A DNA stretch of 64,000 nt from Parcubacteria group bacterium GW2011_GWA2_42_14. Its GTDB lineage: Bacteria > Patescibacteriota > Minisyncoccia > Sungbacterales > GWA2-42-14. The stretch lies in NCBI GenBank assembly GCA_000998135.1, contig LCCV01000003.1:6392-70391 (forward strand), read 5' to 3'. Of the stretch, positions 1-7,796 are shown piece after piece (position 1 is the first letter of the stretch; each line of letters starts with the position of its first letter). The position numbers were made by a program, and so were the translations under genes. The notes below the pieces were generated by a model, which saw nothing but the letters and a program-made list of their open reading frames with translations, was not told where the DNA came from and searched no databases.

Positions 1-1
1 G

Positions 2-259
2 ATCATTGAAGCAAGCGACCCAGAAAAAGCCGAGCAAGGAATCGCCAAGTTGGTTCTCACCTTGATAGAGTTGATCCGGCAACTTTTGGAAAGAGAGGCG
101 GTGAGAAGGGTCGATACCGGTACGCTTTCCGAGACGGAAATTCAGAAATTGGGACTAACCTTCAAGGCGTTGGAGAAAAAGATTCAAGAAATGAAAGCGG
201 TTTTCGGCATTAAAGAGGAACTGAATTTGGAGTTGGGGCCGCTGGGCAATCTCCTCTGA
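2..259 (+). CDS. gvpK: Gas vesicle protein GvpK (5' end truncated by the window edge)
   Basis: The reading frame is open from nt 2. The translation ...LVLTLIELIRQLLEREAVRRVDTG.LSE.E..KLGL......NLELGPLGNLL fits the GvpK family pattern as I recall it. Confidence 0.7.
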   Translation: MIEASDPEKAEQGIAKLVLTLIELIRQLLEREAVRRVDTGTLSETEIQKLGLTFKALEKKIQEMKAVFGIKEELNLELGPLGNLL

Positions 260-293
260 ATATTTGGGCGTTTATTAAAAATTTATTTTATCT

Positions 294-566
294 ATGACAA
301 ACGAACAAAAGAAAAAATTATCAGACCAAGAGATGACGAAGAAATCTCAGCAAGCGACCTTGCGTATGGCACAGGAATGGCAAAAGTCGGAAGACACAAT
401 CCACCACGCGCTCAAGTCGTATGAGGATGTGATTCAGGTTGACCCTGAAAGCGATGAGGCTGGTGAGGCGCGTGAGGCGCTCGTGAAAATTGCCGAGGAT
501 TGGGATAAAAAAGGTCGAAAATATGCCGCCGCGAAACTGTATAAGAAATTAATGGTCGGCAGATAA
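294..566 (+). CDS. hypothetical protein in the gvp cluster (helical, TPR-like pair)
   Basis: 90-aa ORF lying between gvpK and gvpA/J. No recognisable motif. Confidence 0.4.
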   Translation: MTNEQKKKLSDQEMTKKSQQATLRMAQEWQKSEDTIHHALKSYEDVIQVDPESDEAGEAREALVKIAEDWDKKGRKYAAAKLYKKLMVGR

Positions 567-583
567 GCACTTGATAAAAATTT

Positions 584-898
584 ATGGATAGACAAAAAGT
601 AGGAACAATGTCTCAGACAACCAACCTCGCCGACATTTTAGAGCGGGTTTTGGATAAGGGCATTGTCATTGCCGGCGACATCCGGGTGCAATTGGCGGAC
701 GTCGAGCTTTTGAATATCAAGATTCGACTTCTCATTGCCTCGGTAGAGAAAGCCAAAGAAATCGGAATCAGTTGGTGGGAGCATGACTCATATCTTTCGC
801 CAAAAGCAAAAGAGTTTGAATTGTCCAAAGAAAATACCAAACTGGTTAAGCGTATAGAATCTTTAGAGGACAAACTGAAGGTCAAGCGCGGGAAGTAA
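584..898 (+). CDS. gvpJ: Gas vesicle structural protein, GvpA/GvpJ family (GvpJ-like with a C-terminal coiled-coil extension)
   Basis: LADILERVLDKGIVIAGDIRVQLADVELLNIKIRLLIASVEKAKEIG matches the conserved GvpA core ([29 protein letters not shown]...IASVETY). The extra ~40 aa at the C-terminus is typical of GvpJ. Confidence 0.85.
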   Translation: MDRQKVGTMSQTTNLADILERVLDKGIVIAGDIRVQLADVELLNIKIRLLIASVEKAKEIGISWWEHDSYLSPKAKEFELSKENTKLVKRIESLEDKLKVKRGK

Positions 899-906
899 AC
901 TTATTT

Positions 907-1428
907 ATGCCAAGCACGATTGAACAAGTCAAAGAGGTAATTTTGAAGCGCGGAGGCAGGGCGTCTAAACATCAGATCGCGCGAGAGCTCAAAATAAGTT
1001 CGGATTACGCGGGCCTTGTTTTAGGCGAGTTGAAAAGAAAAGAAGAAGTTGCTTTTTCCGGCGGATTATATGTCTTGACTCCCGGCAAAAGGGGTGTTAA
1101 TCCAGAGAAAACAGAGGAAATCGTTACTGCGCCAGCCGAAAAACGACCTGCCCGTCGATCAAGGAGACCCAAGCGAACAAAGAAGGCCCCGAAGGAAAGC
1201 AAGCTTCCAACGGGGCAGGCAAAAATCCAGAAAGTTGAGAAAAACCAGCCTCAACCCCTTGTCGCCGCGTTAGGGATCAGCAAGTCATTGACAAGGACTC
1301 TGGAGAAAGCGGGATACGCCACGATAGAATCTATTGCGGAAGCCCCTATTAATAAATTGATGGCAGACGCAAAACTCAAACTTAGCGCCGCCGCTCGATT
1401 GATCAACCAAGCAAGAAAAACAAAGTGA
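907..1428 (+). CDS. winged-helix plus helix-hairpin-helix DNA-binding protein, hypothetical
   Basis: The N-terminus (HQIARELKISSDYAGLVLGELKRK) looks like a wHTH. A basic linker follows, then an HhH-like tail (LGISKSLTRTLEKAGYATIESIAEAP). Confidence 0.5.
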   Translation: MPSTIEQVKEVILKRGGRASKHQIARELKISSDYAGLVLGELKRKEEVAFSGGLYVLTPGKRGVNPEKTEEIVTAPAEKRPARRSRRPKRTKKAPKESKLPTGQAKIQKVEKNQPQPLVAALGISKSLTRTLEKAGYATIESIAEAPINKLMADAKLKLSAAARLINQARKTK

Positions 1429-1469
1429 TTTATGGCTACAGCGAGCATCGATATTAACAGAAGGTCCCC

Positions 1470-2588
1470 ATGACTGAAGAAAGAAAATACATATATTCAA
1501 TAATTAATAACCCGAAAGAGATGCGGGTCTCAGACGCCTCTCGTCTACCGGGAGATCTATTTGGCATTAACAATCGCGATATAACTTTTATCTCCTATAG
1601 AGATATATCAGCTGCGGTTAGCAATATCCATCTTATTAATTTTGACAAGTTTGATAAAAAAGAACTCCATCAATTAATTGCGGCGCATGATCAGGTAAAT
1701 GTTAGTCTTATGAAGAAACACGATATTATTCCAATGAGATTTGGAATGATCGCAGAAAGCGCGGAAGAAATTCGCAATATTTTAGCCAAAGCATATATAC
1801 AATTTAAAACCGCTCTCGAAAGAATTGCCGGGAAAGCCGAATTCATCGTTCAAGTATTTTGGAACGAAAAGAATATACTTGAAAAGATAGTTCAGGAAAA
1901 TATTGAAATCCAAAAGTTAAAAAAGGATGTAGAGTCAAAGGGCAAGATTTTAGGGTTTTCATCCAAAATAAAATTAGGTAAGCGCATATTTGAGGGATTA
2001 GAGTCATGCCGCAAAGAATATACGGAAGGCATTTTAAGTAACCTCGCAACCAGCTTTCCAAATTTTAGCGCCGGCAAACTTCTCGATGCAAACAAAGAAA
2101 GCGCTGCTAACGAGACAAAAAAAGAAATGATTATGAACTATTCGTTTTTGATAGGCGCGACAGAAGAATCAGCTCTATCATTTAGATTGAATCAATTAGC
2201 TGAAAAATATAAAGATGAGATTAAGTTTAAATATATCGGGCCTATGGCGCCTTACAGCTTCGCTATTATTAATCTCAGTTTGGGAAACTTTGATTTAGTT
2301 GATAATGCCAGAAGGACTTTTGGGCTCGGAGAATCGGCGGCATTTTCAGAAATAAAAAAGATTTACTATAAGTTGGCTGGACAGCATCACCCAGACAAAC
2401 AAGCTTTTACAAAAGATCGGGTTATATTAGAGGGAGCAGAAAAGAAGATGAAAGACATAATAACAGCCAATGAGGTTTTAACTATTTATTGCAAGCATTA
2501 TCTTTCGGCTCTCGCGCCTGAGAAAGAGCAGCTTTGCTCTTTTAGAAAAGAAGATGTAGAAGATTCAATTATTGTAAAAACAAAGTGA
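1470..2588 (+). CDS. gvpF: Gas vesicle protein GvpF/GvpL family with a C-terminal J-domain-like (HPD) extension
   Basis: YIYSIIN...IPMRFGMIAESAEEIRNIL...AEFIVQVFWNEK matches the GvpF/L pattern (YLYGI..LPLRFG..VKVFWD). The tail contains YYKLAGQHHPDK, an HPD-loop-like motif. Confidence 0.8.
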   Translation: MTEERKYIYSIINNPKEMRVSDASRLPGDLFGINNRDITFISYRDISAAVSNIHLINFDKFDKKELHQLIAAHDQVNVSLMKKHDIIPMRFGMIAESAEEIRNILAKAYIQFKTALERIAGKAEFIVQVFWNEKNILEKIVQENIEIQKLKKDVESKGKILGFSSKIKLGKRIFEGLESCRKEYTEGILSNLATSFPNFSAGKLLDANKESAANETKKEMIMNYSFLIGATEESALSFRLNQLAEKYKDEIKFKYIGPMAPYSFAIINLSLGNFDLVDNARRTFGLGESAAFSEIKKIYYKLAGQHHPDKQAFTKDRVILEGAEKKMKDIITANEVLTIYCKHYLSALAPEKEQLCSFRKEDVEDSIIVKTK

Positions 2589-2591
2589 TTT

Positions 2592-2750
2592 ATGGCAATG
2601 GCAAGCATAGATACAAGCGAGTTGGAATATTTTAAATCATGCAGAGATAAACTGCGGGATATTGGCGATATTTTGAAAGACAAGAACGATGAAAAAGAAT
2701 TATCGATTGAGGAAAAACTAAGAGAAATAAAAAAGATTCTTAAAGGATGA
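2592..2750 (+). CDS. small helical protein (52 aa), hypothetical
   Basis: ORF MAMASIDTSELEYFKSCRDKLRDIGDIL... Its start region duplicates the sequence at 1421-1458. Confidence 0.3.
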   Translation: MAMASIDTSELEYFKSCRDKLRDIGDILKDKNDEKELSIEEKLREIKKILKG

Positions 2751-2850
2751 TTATACTTCGTATAATCTTCGTTCGCTCGGAAATCATAAAATAAAATTTT
2801 TGATTTCGTTCGCTCACTTGATTATAAGCATGGAGGGATTATGAATTTAT

Positions 2851-4350
2851 ATGGCGACCCCTAAAAATATTATGCCGCAGGGCGGCAATCTACCTGAGTC
2901 CACATTTGGGGCCCGCATTAAAGTTGTCGGCGTAGGCGGTTCCGGCTCAAATGCGGTTGATCACATGATAAACTCTGGCGTGCGCGGGGTTGATTTTATT
3001 GTGGTTAATTGCGATACCCAGGATCTTCATCATAATAAGGCGGAGAAAAAAATACATATTGGCAAAAACTTGACCCGCGGACTTGGAGCCGGGATGAACC
3101 CCGAGGTCGGTAGGCGCGCGGCTGAGGAAACCAAAAACGAGCTTCAGGACGCGCTGAAGGGCGCGGATATGGTATTTATTACCTGCGGATTGGGCGGAGG
3201 AACCGGTACTGGCGCGTCCCCGATTATTGCCGAAATAGCGAGAACCCAAGGGGCTCTTACCCTCGCGGTGGTGACAAAACCTTTTTCTTTTGAGGGGGCT
3301 GAGCGATCAAGAATTGCCGAGGATGGTTTGAGAGAACTTATAGGGGTAGTTGACACCGTTATCGTCATTCCTAACGACCGACTTTTGGAAATCAGCGATA
3401 AAAAAACCACCCTTCAAAATGCTTTCGCGCTCTGCGATGATGTCTTGAAAAACGCGGTTCAGGGCATCTCCGAACTCATCGTAATGCCAGGCATTGTTAA
3501 TCTCGACTTTGCCGATGTAAAGACAATTATGGGAGACGCGGGCCCAGCCATCATGGGAATAGGATCGGCCCAGGGAGACGAACGCGCGGTTGAGGCGGCT
3601 CGAAAAGCAATCAGTTCTCCTTTGCTTGATATTTCCATTAACGGCGCAAGAGGGATTCTTTTTGCGGTCGCCGGCGGAGAAGATTTGACGCTTCATGAAA
3701 TCAACGAAGCCGCAAAGGTTATTACAGAATCAGCCGACCCGCAGGCCAAAATCATATTTGGAGCTTTTCGAGATGATGCTATTAATAAAGGTTCGATAAA
3801 GATTACCGTCATTGCGGCCGGCTTCGCCAATCCGGGCCCAAACATTATTGCCTCGCCGCGGCCAAGAATTTTTGAGAACCAGGAGACAGCGGAAGAAAAA
3901 GGAGATGATGACGATATGGATAAGCCCGCTTTTTTGCGTAGAGGAAAATCGCCGCCTTCATCTCCGCAGGAAGGAGCTCGCCACGAAGGACACAAAAGAA
4001 AAAACGAGAATCCTCACAGAATTTCTCTTAATGCTTCTGTGGCGGGAGATATCATAAGGAAACTCCCATCAAATAATTTTATAGAAAATTATGGAATCAA
4101 AGACGAGGCATCCCGCGGCATAGATCTGCGGGATTTTAATGATAATAAAGACCGCGCCTCAACTCCCGCAAACCGATATGAAAATTTTCGTATTAACGCG
4201 AAAAAGACGCTCATCGCAACTTTAGCTATTTTTAAAAAGGCAGGGGAAATTTTTCTTATGCTTATTTTTGGGATAATAACCATCGTAGCTCTTGGGTTTT
4301 ACAGAATTTACAGTTTAATTAAGAAGCGGTTTCAACGAACGATTTATTAA
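2851..4350 (+). CDS. ftsZ: Cell division GTPase FtsZ with an extra C-terminal extension ending in a transmembrane helix
   Basis: VVGVGGSGSNAV, the GGGTGTGASP tubulin signature and NLDFADVKTIM are present. The conserved C-terminal peptide DKPAFLRRGK is followed by ~130 aa ending in the hydrophobic segment LIATLAIFKKAGEIFLMLIFGIITIVALGFY. Confidence 0.95.
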   Translation: MATPKNIMPQGGNLPESTFGARIKVVGVGGSGSNAVDHMINSGVRGVDFIVVNCDTQDLHHNKAEKKIHIGKNLTRGLGAGMNPEVGRRAAEETKNELQDALKGADMVFITCGLGGGTGTGASPIIAEIARTQGALTLAVVTKPFSFEGAERSRIAEDGLRELIGVVDTVIVIPNDRLLEISDKKTTLQNAFALCDDVLKNAVQGISELIVMPGIVNLDFADVKTIMGDAGPAIMGIGSAQGDERAVEAARKAISSPLLDISINGARGILFAVAGGEDLTLHEINEAAKVITESADPQAKIIFGAFRDDAINKGSIKITVIAAGFANPGPNIIASPRPRIFENQETAEEKGDDDDMDKPAFLRRGKSPPSSPQEGARHEGHKRKNENPHRISLNASVAGDIIRKLPSNNFIENYGIKDEASRGIDLRDFNDNKDRASTPANRYENFRINAKKTLIATLAIFKKAGEIFLMLIFGIITIVALGFYRIYSLIKKRFQRTIY

Positions 4351-4534
4351 AAAGAAAGCAAAAAAGAAATCCAAAAAAATGATGCTTTGCGACTGCGGCT
4401 CCGACAAACCGGCAATGGAATGTTGTAAGGCAGAAAAGTAATGGCGATCGCGGCATTATTATTTTTGATACACACTAACGAATTATTCGAGGAGAGCCGC
4501 CTTTCGTTAAAAGATTTTTAGCATTACAATAATG

Positions 4535-4640
4535 ATTGCCATGTCCCATCTTCGGGTGGCATGGCACAACCCTGCTTTTACGAGCAGGGACGCGCCATCC
4601 GGGATGTTCCAACCCCGGGTGGCTTTGTTTAAAGAGAAAA
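4535..4640. ncRNA. unclassified structured RNA candidate (three consecutive strong hairpins)
   Basis: Hairpin stems gccatg...catggc, ccctgc-ttttacga-gcaggg and gccatccggg-atgttccaac-cccgggtggc (10 bp with one G-U). The region has no ORF. Confidence 0.25.
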
Positions 4641-5117
4641 GTCATCTAAAAAGAAAATAAAAAAGAAATTAAATAATTCTAAAGGCCATTATTGACCAGT
4701 GAGACGACTTGTTGTAATATAGAGAGACCCTGAAGTTATCCACTTCTGCCAGCTTGACTGGATTTTGTGGAAAACATAAGGGTTGTGCTGAAGGCAAGAT
4801 CGAAGCCTTCCGCACCTACAAAACGAAAGATATCGTCCGTCCCCCAAATGGGGAACGAATTCCGCGAAAGCGGATGGAGTTGGAACACGGACTTCGAATC
4901 CGTACCCCGTTTAAAAAAGGCGGGGTAAAGTATCTATAATGGAAGATTTTTTATGTTATTATAAAGTTATCCGTAATAAATAAGCGGAAGAAGGGTAAAG
5001 GCAATCATGCCTAAAACCGCAAAAACAGTTATAACTATCCAGATGGCGTTAATAAGTTTTTTCTGTTTTTTGAACATATCTAAAGTATAGTTAAAATAAG
5101 AGCTGAAGTCAATTTGG

Positions 5118-5270
5118 TTAGATGGCCCCAGCCCCAATTTTGCAGTTTATGCGTTTGGCGGCGCGCTTCGCGCTATGAGGGATTGGCTATTCGCCACCGT
5201 GCGCCGCAAATTATCAAAAATACTCCTCAAAAGAAAAAGTTTTAGAGGTGGCTTTGGGCAAAATTGGGGC
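5118..5270. ncRNA. unclassified structured element (long-range pairing plus a GC-rich internal helix)
   Basis: cccagccccaattttgca (5121-5140) is complementary to ggcaaaattggggcggggt (5249-5267). The nested helix ggcggcgcgc/gcgccgc is internal. No ORF. The element lies upstream of the ftsB-like gene. Confidence 0.2.
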
Positions 5271-5327
5271 GGGGTTCTCATGATTTCAGCTAAAAATTAT
5301 TCGCTCCACTCTAATTTTTAGGAAATC

Positions 5328-5705
5328 ATGGAAGAACAATCTTTTTTTCAAAAATTTCTTAGGTCCCCATTCACGCTTATCGGCGGCTTGATTTTGTTTT
5401 TAATGATTTTGCATAACATTTGGGGAATAACGGAGCGGCTTCTTTCTTTTTATTACGAAAAAAGGGGATTGGAAACAAAAATCGCCGAATTGCAAAAAAG
5501 GAACGAAGATATAAAAAAAGAAATTAATTATACGGAAACCGAAGGTTTTTTAGAAAGGGAGGGGAAAGCGCGTCTTAATTTAAAAAAACCCGGCGAAGAA
5601 GTGGCGGTAATAGTGGAAGAGGAAGAAGTGATGCGGGTCGAAGGAGTGGAACAGGATTTTTGGAATAAGATGTTTAGTTCAGTTCTTTCGCTTTTGAAGT
5701 TCTGA
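5328..5705 (+). CDS. Septum formation initiator family protein (FtsB/DivIC-like)
   Basis: An N-terminal TM segment is followed by a coiled coil (KIAELQKRNEDIKKEINY) and the ARLNLKKPGEEV motif typical of FtsB/DivIC. Confidence 0.6.
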   Translation: MEEQSFFQKFLRSPFTLIGGLILFLMILHNIWGITERLLSFYYEKRGLETKIAELQKRNEDIKKEINYTETEGFLEREGKARLNLKKPGEEVAVIVEEEEVMRVEGVEQDFWNKMFSSVLSLLKF

Positions 5706-5844
5706 GATTTCCTAAATATTATTTGGTAAAATATCTTTTTGAGTAGTGCTTCATTTTGACGTGTAAAGAAAATGAGGGTAAGTTGAATTTAATTTAGTAG
5801 TATGATACACTTCGAACAGTTCGTTCTTTTACTGGGGAAAAATA

Positions 5845-6087
5845 ATGTCGAGTGAGCCATCTGGCGTTGTGGTTATGTTTAAAGAAGGGGTTACCGAAGA
5901 GCAAGTGAAACAATTTGTTGTATCCTACGGCTTTGCGGGACACTGCCTTAATCCGTATGGAGAATGGAAAGGAAAGAATTTGTTGTTTTTTATAAAAGTT
6001 CCCGATAAGGAAGAAGTGAAGTGGGTTATTGAGTTTAAACAAAGACAGGATGTGGTAAAAGACGCGATTCTAAACACCCCGGTATAA
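5845..6087 (+). CDS. hypothetical protein
   Basis: 80-aa ORF with no motif. Confidence 0.35.
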   Translation: MSSEPSGVVVMFKEGVTEEQVKQFVVSYGFAGHCLNPYGEWKGKNLLFFIKVPDKEEVKWVIEFKQRQDVVKDAILNTPV

Positions 6088-6099
6088 ACCGGGGTAGTT

Positions 6100-7200
6100 T
6101 TATTGTATCAGGAACTCTTCTATTTTTTTATTAGCCATTGTTTCTCCGTTTTGTCCTGATGCGACCCAGTAAATATCTTTATTTCTTTTAAACCACGTCA
6201 TCTGTCTTTTGGCGTACTGATGGATGGCGTTTTTTAATTTTTCCTTCATTTCGGCTCGCGCAAGTTTTTTTTGTAAAAAAAGTGAAACAAAGCGATATTC
6301 AAGCCCTAAAGATTGGAGGCGTTTATGCGAAACGCCTTTTTTTAATAAATTTTTAACCTCCTGAAACATGCCTTGTTTTAAGTGTGATTTTAGGCGTTTA
6401 TCTATTTTTTTATGGAGTTCTTTTTGGGGCAGATTTATGCCTAAAATTAGCGAATTCCAAAGATTAGCCCTGTTTTCAATGCTAATCCTTGGAATTGGGG
6501 AAATCGGTCTCGAGGTGGCTTTTACTATTTCAATTGCCCGAATCAGCCGTCTGGGATTATGATGGTCAATTGTTTTTGCGCGTTTTGGGTCGAGTTTTTT
6601 GAGTATTTGAAATAGTTCCGCTATCGATTTTTTAGAAAGTATGGCGCGCAGTTTGGTATTTGGCGGCACATTAGGAATCGGCAGGTTATACAAAACCGTA
6701 TCAACATAAAAACCTGTTCCTCCGCAAAGTATGGGAACTTTTCCGCGCTCATAATTATCTTTTATTGCCGTCTCCGCGCATTTTTTAAAATCTGCAATCG
6801 TAAAAACTTTTTTCGGCGATACGAAATCAATGCAGTGGTGAGGAACGTTTTTGTATATAAATATTTTGGAAGCCCGGTCGTCCAAAAACTGAATTTCGTC
6901 ATTGCGAGCGACCGCGGGGAGCGAAGCAATTTCTTTATTTAAGCCAATTTTAGAGATTGCTTCCTCGTTTCGCTTTCGGCGGAACTCTTCGCAATGACAT
7001 TTTTGGACAGTCGGACTTTCCGATATTGTTTTCCAGTTTCCGGGTACTTTTCCCGTTCCAATATTCAACCCCTTATAAACCTGCCTTGAATCAGCCGAAA
7101 TTATCTCGCCCTTGAATCGGCGAGCGATTTTAACAGCCAATTCCGATTTTCCGGAAGCGGTCGGCCCGACAACGGCGATAATTTTAATCTTTCTTTGCAT
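6100..7200 (-). CDS. miaA: tRNA dimethylallyltransferase MiaA
   Basis: IIAVVGPTASGKSELAVKIARRFKGEIISADSRQVYKGLNIGTGK is a P-loop N-terminus matching MiaA. Confidence 0.9.
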   Translation of the reverse strand: MQRKIKIIAVVGPTASGKSELAVKIARRFKGEIISADSRQVYKGLNIGTGKVPGNWKTISESPTVQKCHCEEFRRKRNEEAISKIGLNKEIASLPAVARNDEIQFLDDRASKIFIYKNVPHHCIDFVSPKKVFTIADFKKCAETAIKDNYERGKVPILCGGTGFYVDTVLYNLPIPNVPPNTKLRAILSKKSIAELFQILKKLDPKRAKTIDHHNPRRLIRAIEIVKATSRPISPIPRISIENRANLWNSLILGINLPQKELHKKIDKRLKSHLKQGMFQEVKNLLKKGVSHKRLQSLGLEYRFVSLFLQKKLARAEMKEKLKNAIHQYAKRQMTWFKRNKDIYWVASGQNGETMANKKIEEFLIQ

Positions 7201-7212
7201 ATAGTTTGGTAT

Positions 7213-7235
7213 AATAAAAAAGCCCGAAGCGGGCT
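7213..7235 (-). terminator. rho-independent terminator (minus strand) after the 7234-7701 gene
   Basis: On the minus strand: agcccgcttcgggct followed by tttttatta. Confidence 0.7.
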
Positions 7236-7701
7236 ATTCCTGGATTAGCTTTTTTGTCCGGCCTTCCTTTTTTACGAAAACGCGGACCTCTTTTTCAAAA
7301 CCAAGTCCTTTTAGGATTAATAGTTTGCTTTTAACCGTATCCCAATGGTTTTTCATTTTTTCTATATTAACGTTAGGCGAACGAGAGGCGGTATCGCATT
7401 TAGTGAGTTCCGTTTTTATATCTTGAAAAATATAATCGAGGAGAGCTTGATTTTTTTGAATAAGCTCTTTACTCCATTGTATTTTCCTGAAAAACCAGTA
7501 TTTTTTGGCGTTTTGTAAACCGTAATTTTTGAAAGCGATTTCCTGCGATAGCGGGTCTTCTCTAAAATTCTGGAGGACGAATTGGAACAGAGCTTCGTTT
7601 TTCTGCGCTAATTCTTCGCAGATTTGCCTGAGATTTGAACCGCGGTTTTTAAATTGTCGTGCAATATGGTCAGTTGTCGGCGTTTCATTTCTCCAACCCA
7701 T
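7234..7701 (-). CDS. hypothetical protein
   Basis: 155-aa ORF with a terminator hairpin downstream. No motif. Confidence 0.4.
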   Translation of the reverse strand: MGWRNETPTTDHIARQFKNRGSNLRQICEELAQKNEALFQFVLQNFREDPLSQEIAFKNYGLQNAKKYWFFRKIQWSKELIQKNQALLDYIFQDIKTELTKCDTASRSPNVNIEKMKNHWDTVKSKLLILKGLGFEKEVRVFVKKEGRTKKLIQE

Positions 7702-7796
7702 CCCCGCCTCCTTAGTTAGGTTTTTTACCGCAAAAAAGCCAAATAAAAGAACTTCTATATATTATACTTAGGTAGAAGGTTTTGTCAAGGGTTTTA

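Noticed and set aside
613-885. 90-aa minus-strand ORF
   Set aside because: It is antisense to the well-supported gvpA/J gene.
4870-4905. tRNA- or tmRNA-like T-arm (ACGGA-CTTCGAA-TCCGT followed by accccg)
   Set aside because: No complementary 5' acceptor strand at tRNA distance, no D or anticodon arms, and no CCA. The following accccg...cgggg forms its own hairpin. Kept only as part of the generic structured region.
4754-4939. 61-aa ORF in the six-frame track
   Set aside because: It lies inside a hairpin-dense, GC-elevated, otherwise ORF-free region, with no RBS and no coding-like composition. It is more likely RNA structure than protein.
4480-5300. RNase P RNA, SRP RNA or 6S identity for the structured region
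   Set aside because: I could not find the conserved RNase P P4 strands (GGAAAGUCCGG / ACAGAANCCGGCUUA), the AGGGUGAAA...GGUAAGAGCGCACC motif, or SRP domain IV (GGAA tetraloop plus AGCAGCC). Identity is left unassigned.
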